A DNA stretch of 33,549 nt. Origin: Octopus bimaculoides (Eukaryota). Positions 33,386-33,549 of this stretch are shown one piece after another. The position numbers were made by a program, and so were the translations under genes. Below the pieces are notes generated by a model. The model was given only the letters and a program-made list of their open reading frames with translations. It had not been told where the DNA came from and searched no databases. Position 1 is the first letter of the stretch, and every line of letters starts with the position of its first letter. Location of the stretch: positions 14,524,436-14,557,984 of the forward strand of contig NC_068992.1 of NCBI RefSeq assembly GCF_001194135.2, in the 5' to 3' direction.

Positions 33386-33549
33386 CAGAGTTGTACCCCA
33401 CCACTTTGGAAGGTCATAAATTTCAGAAAAATGAATATTTTTTAATGAAATTTTCTATGCATATATTATTTATTATGTAGATTACGAATATACAAAAATT
33501 CTCGGTGAAAGTGTTTTTTTGTTTTTTTTAGGCGGGGGACAATTTTCGG
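33386..33549 (+). mobile_element. Probable Tc1/mariner-type element 5' end
   Basis: TA|CAGAGTTGTACCC start followed by AT-rich MITE-like sequence. Runs off the window. Confidence 0.35.

Noticed and set aside
1-33549. CRISPR arrays, rRNA or genuine tRNA genes
   Set aside because: No regularly spaced repeat-spacer arrays or rRNA-like sequence. All tRNA-like A/B boxes are SINE heads without a full cloverleaf.

Overview
AT-rich, repeat-dense animal DNA, almost certainly a coleoid cephalopod (Octopus-like), judged from its RTE/(GAT)n-tailed repeats, tRNA-derived SINEs and (TA)n/(AAT)n microsatellites. There are four N gaps. Two convergent spliced genes could be assembled by hand. On the + strand are the last six visible coding exons of a nucleotide-sugar transporter most like SLC35A4 (407-11301; its 5' part lies upstream of the window and the start of one exon is in a gap). 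On the - strand is a complete three-exon ATP synthase subunit g gene (ATP5MG/ATP5L, 33057-27537, 108 aa) with CRE, ETS-like and NRF1-like motifs upstream. The rest is mostly transposon debris: RTE LINEs, SINEs, Tc1, pogo, an R4/Dong-like element in an (AAT)n tract, and Penelope-like elements. Three structures stand out. (1) A 3-kb intergenic cluster (13.2-16.4 kb) holds five recognisable minimal type I hammerhead-ribozyme-like motifs from four unrelated repeat units, including an inverted, circularly permuted ~335-nt retrozyme-like unit and a GIY-YIG Penelope copy with an inverted pseudo-LTR. (2) A 727-bp TIR element with hairpin ends and SAP + SWIM coding remnants sits about 20 nt from an SLC35A4 splice donor. 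(3) A long inverted repeat lies in the last SLC35A4 intron. All calls come from manual reading; no database searches were run.
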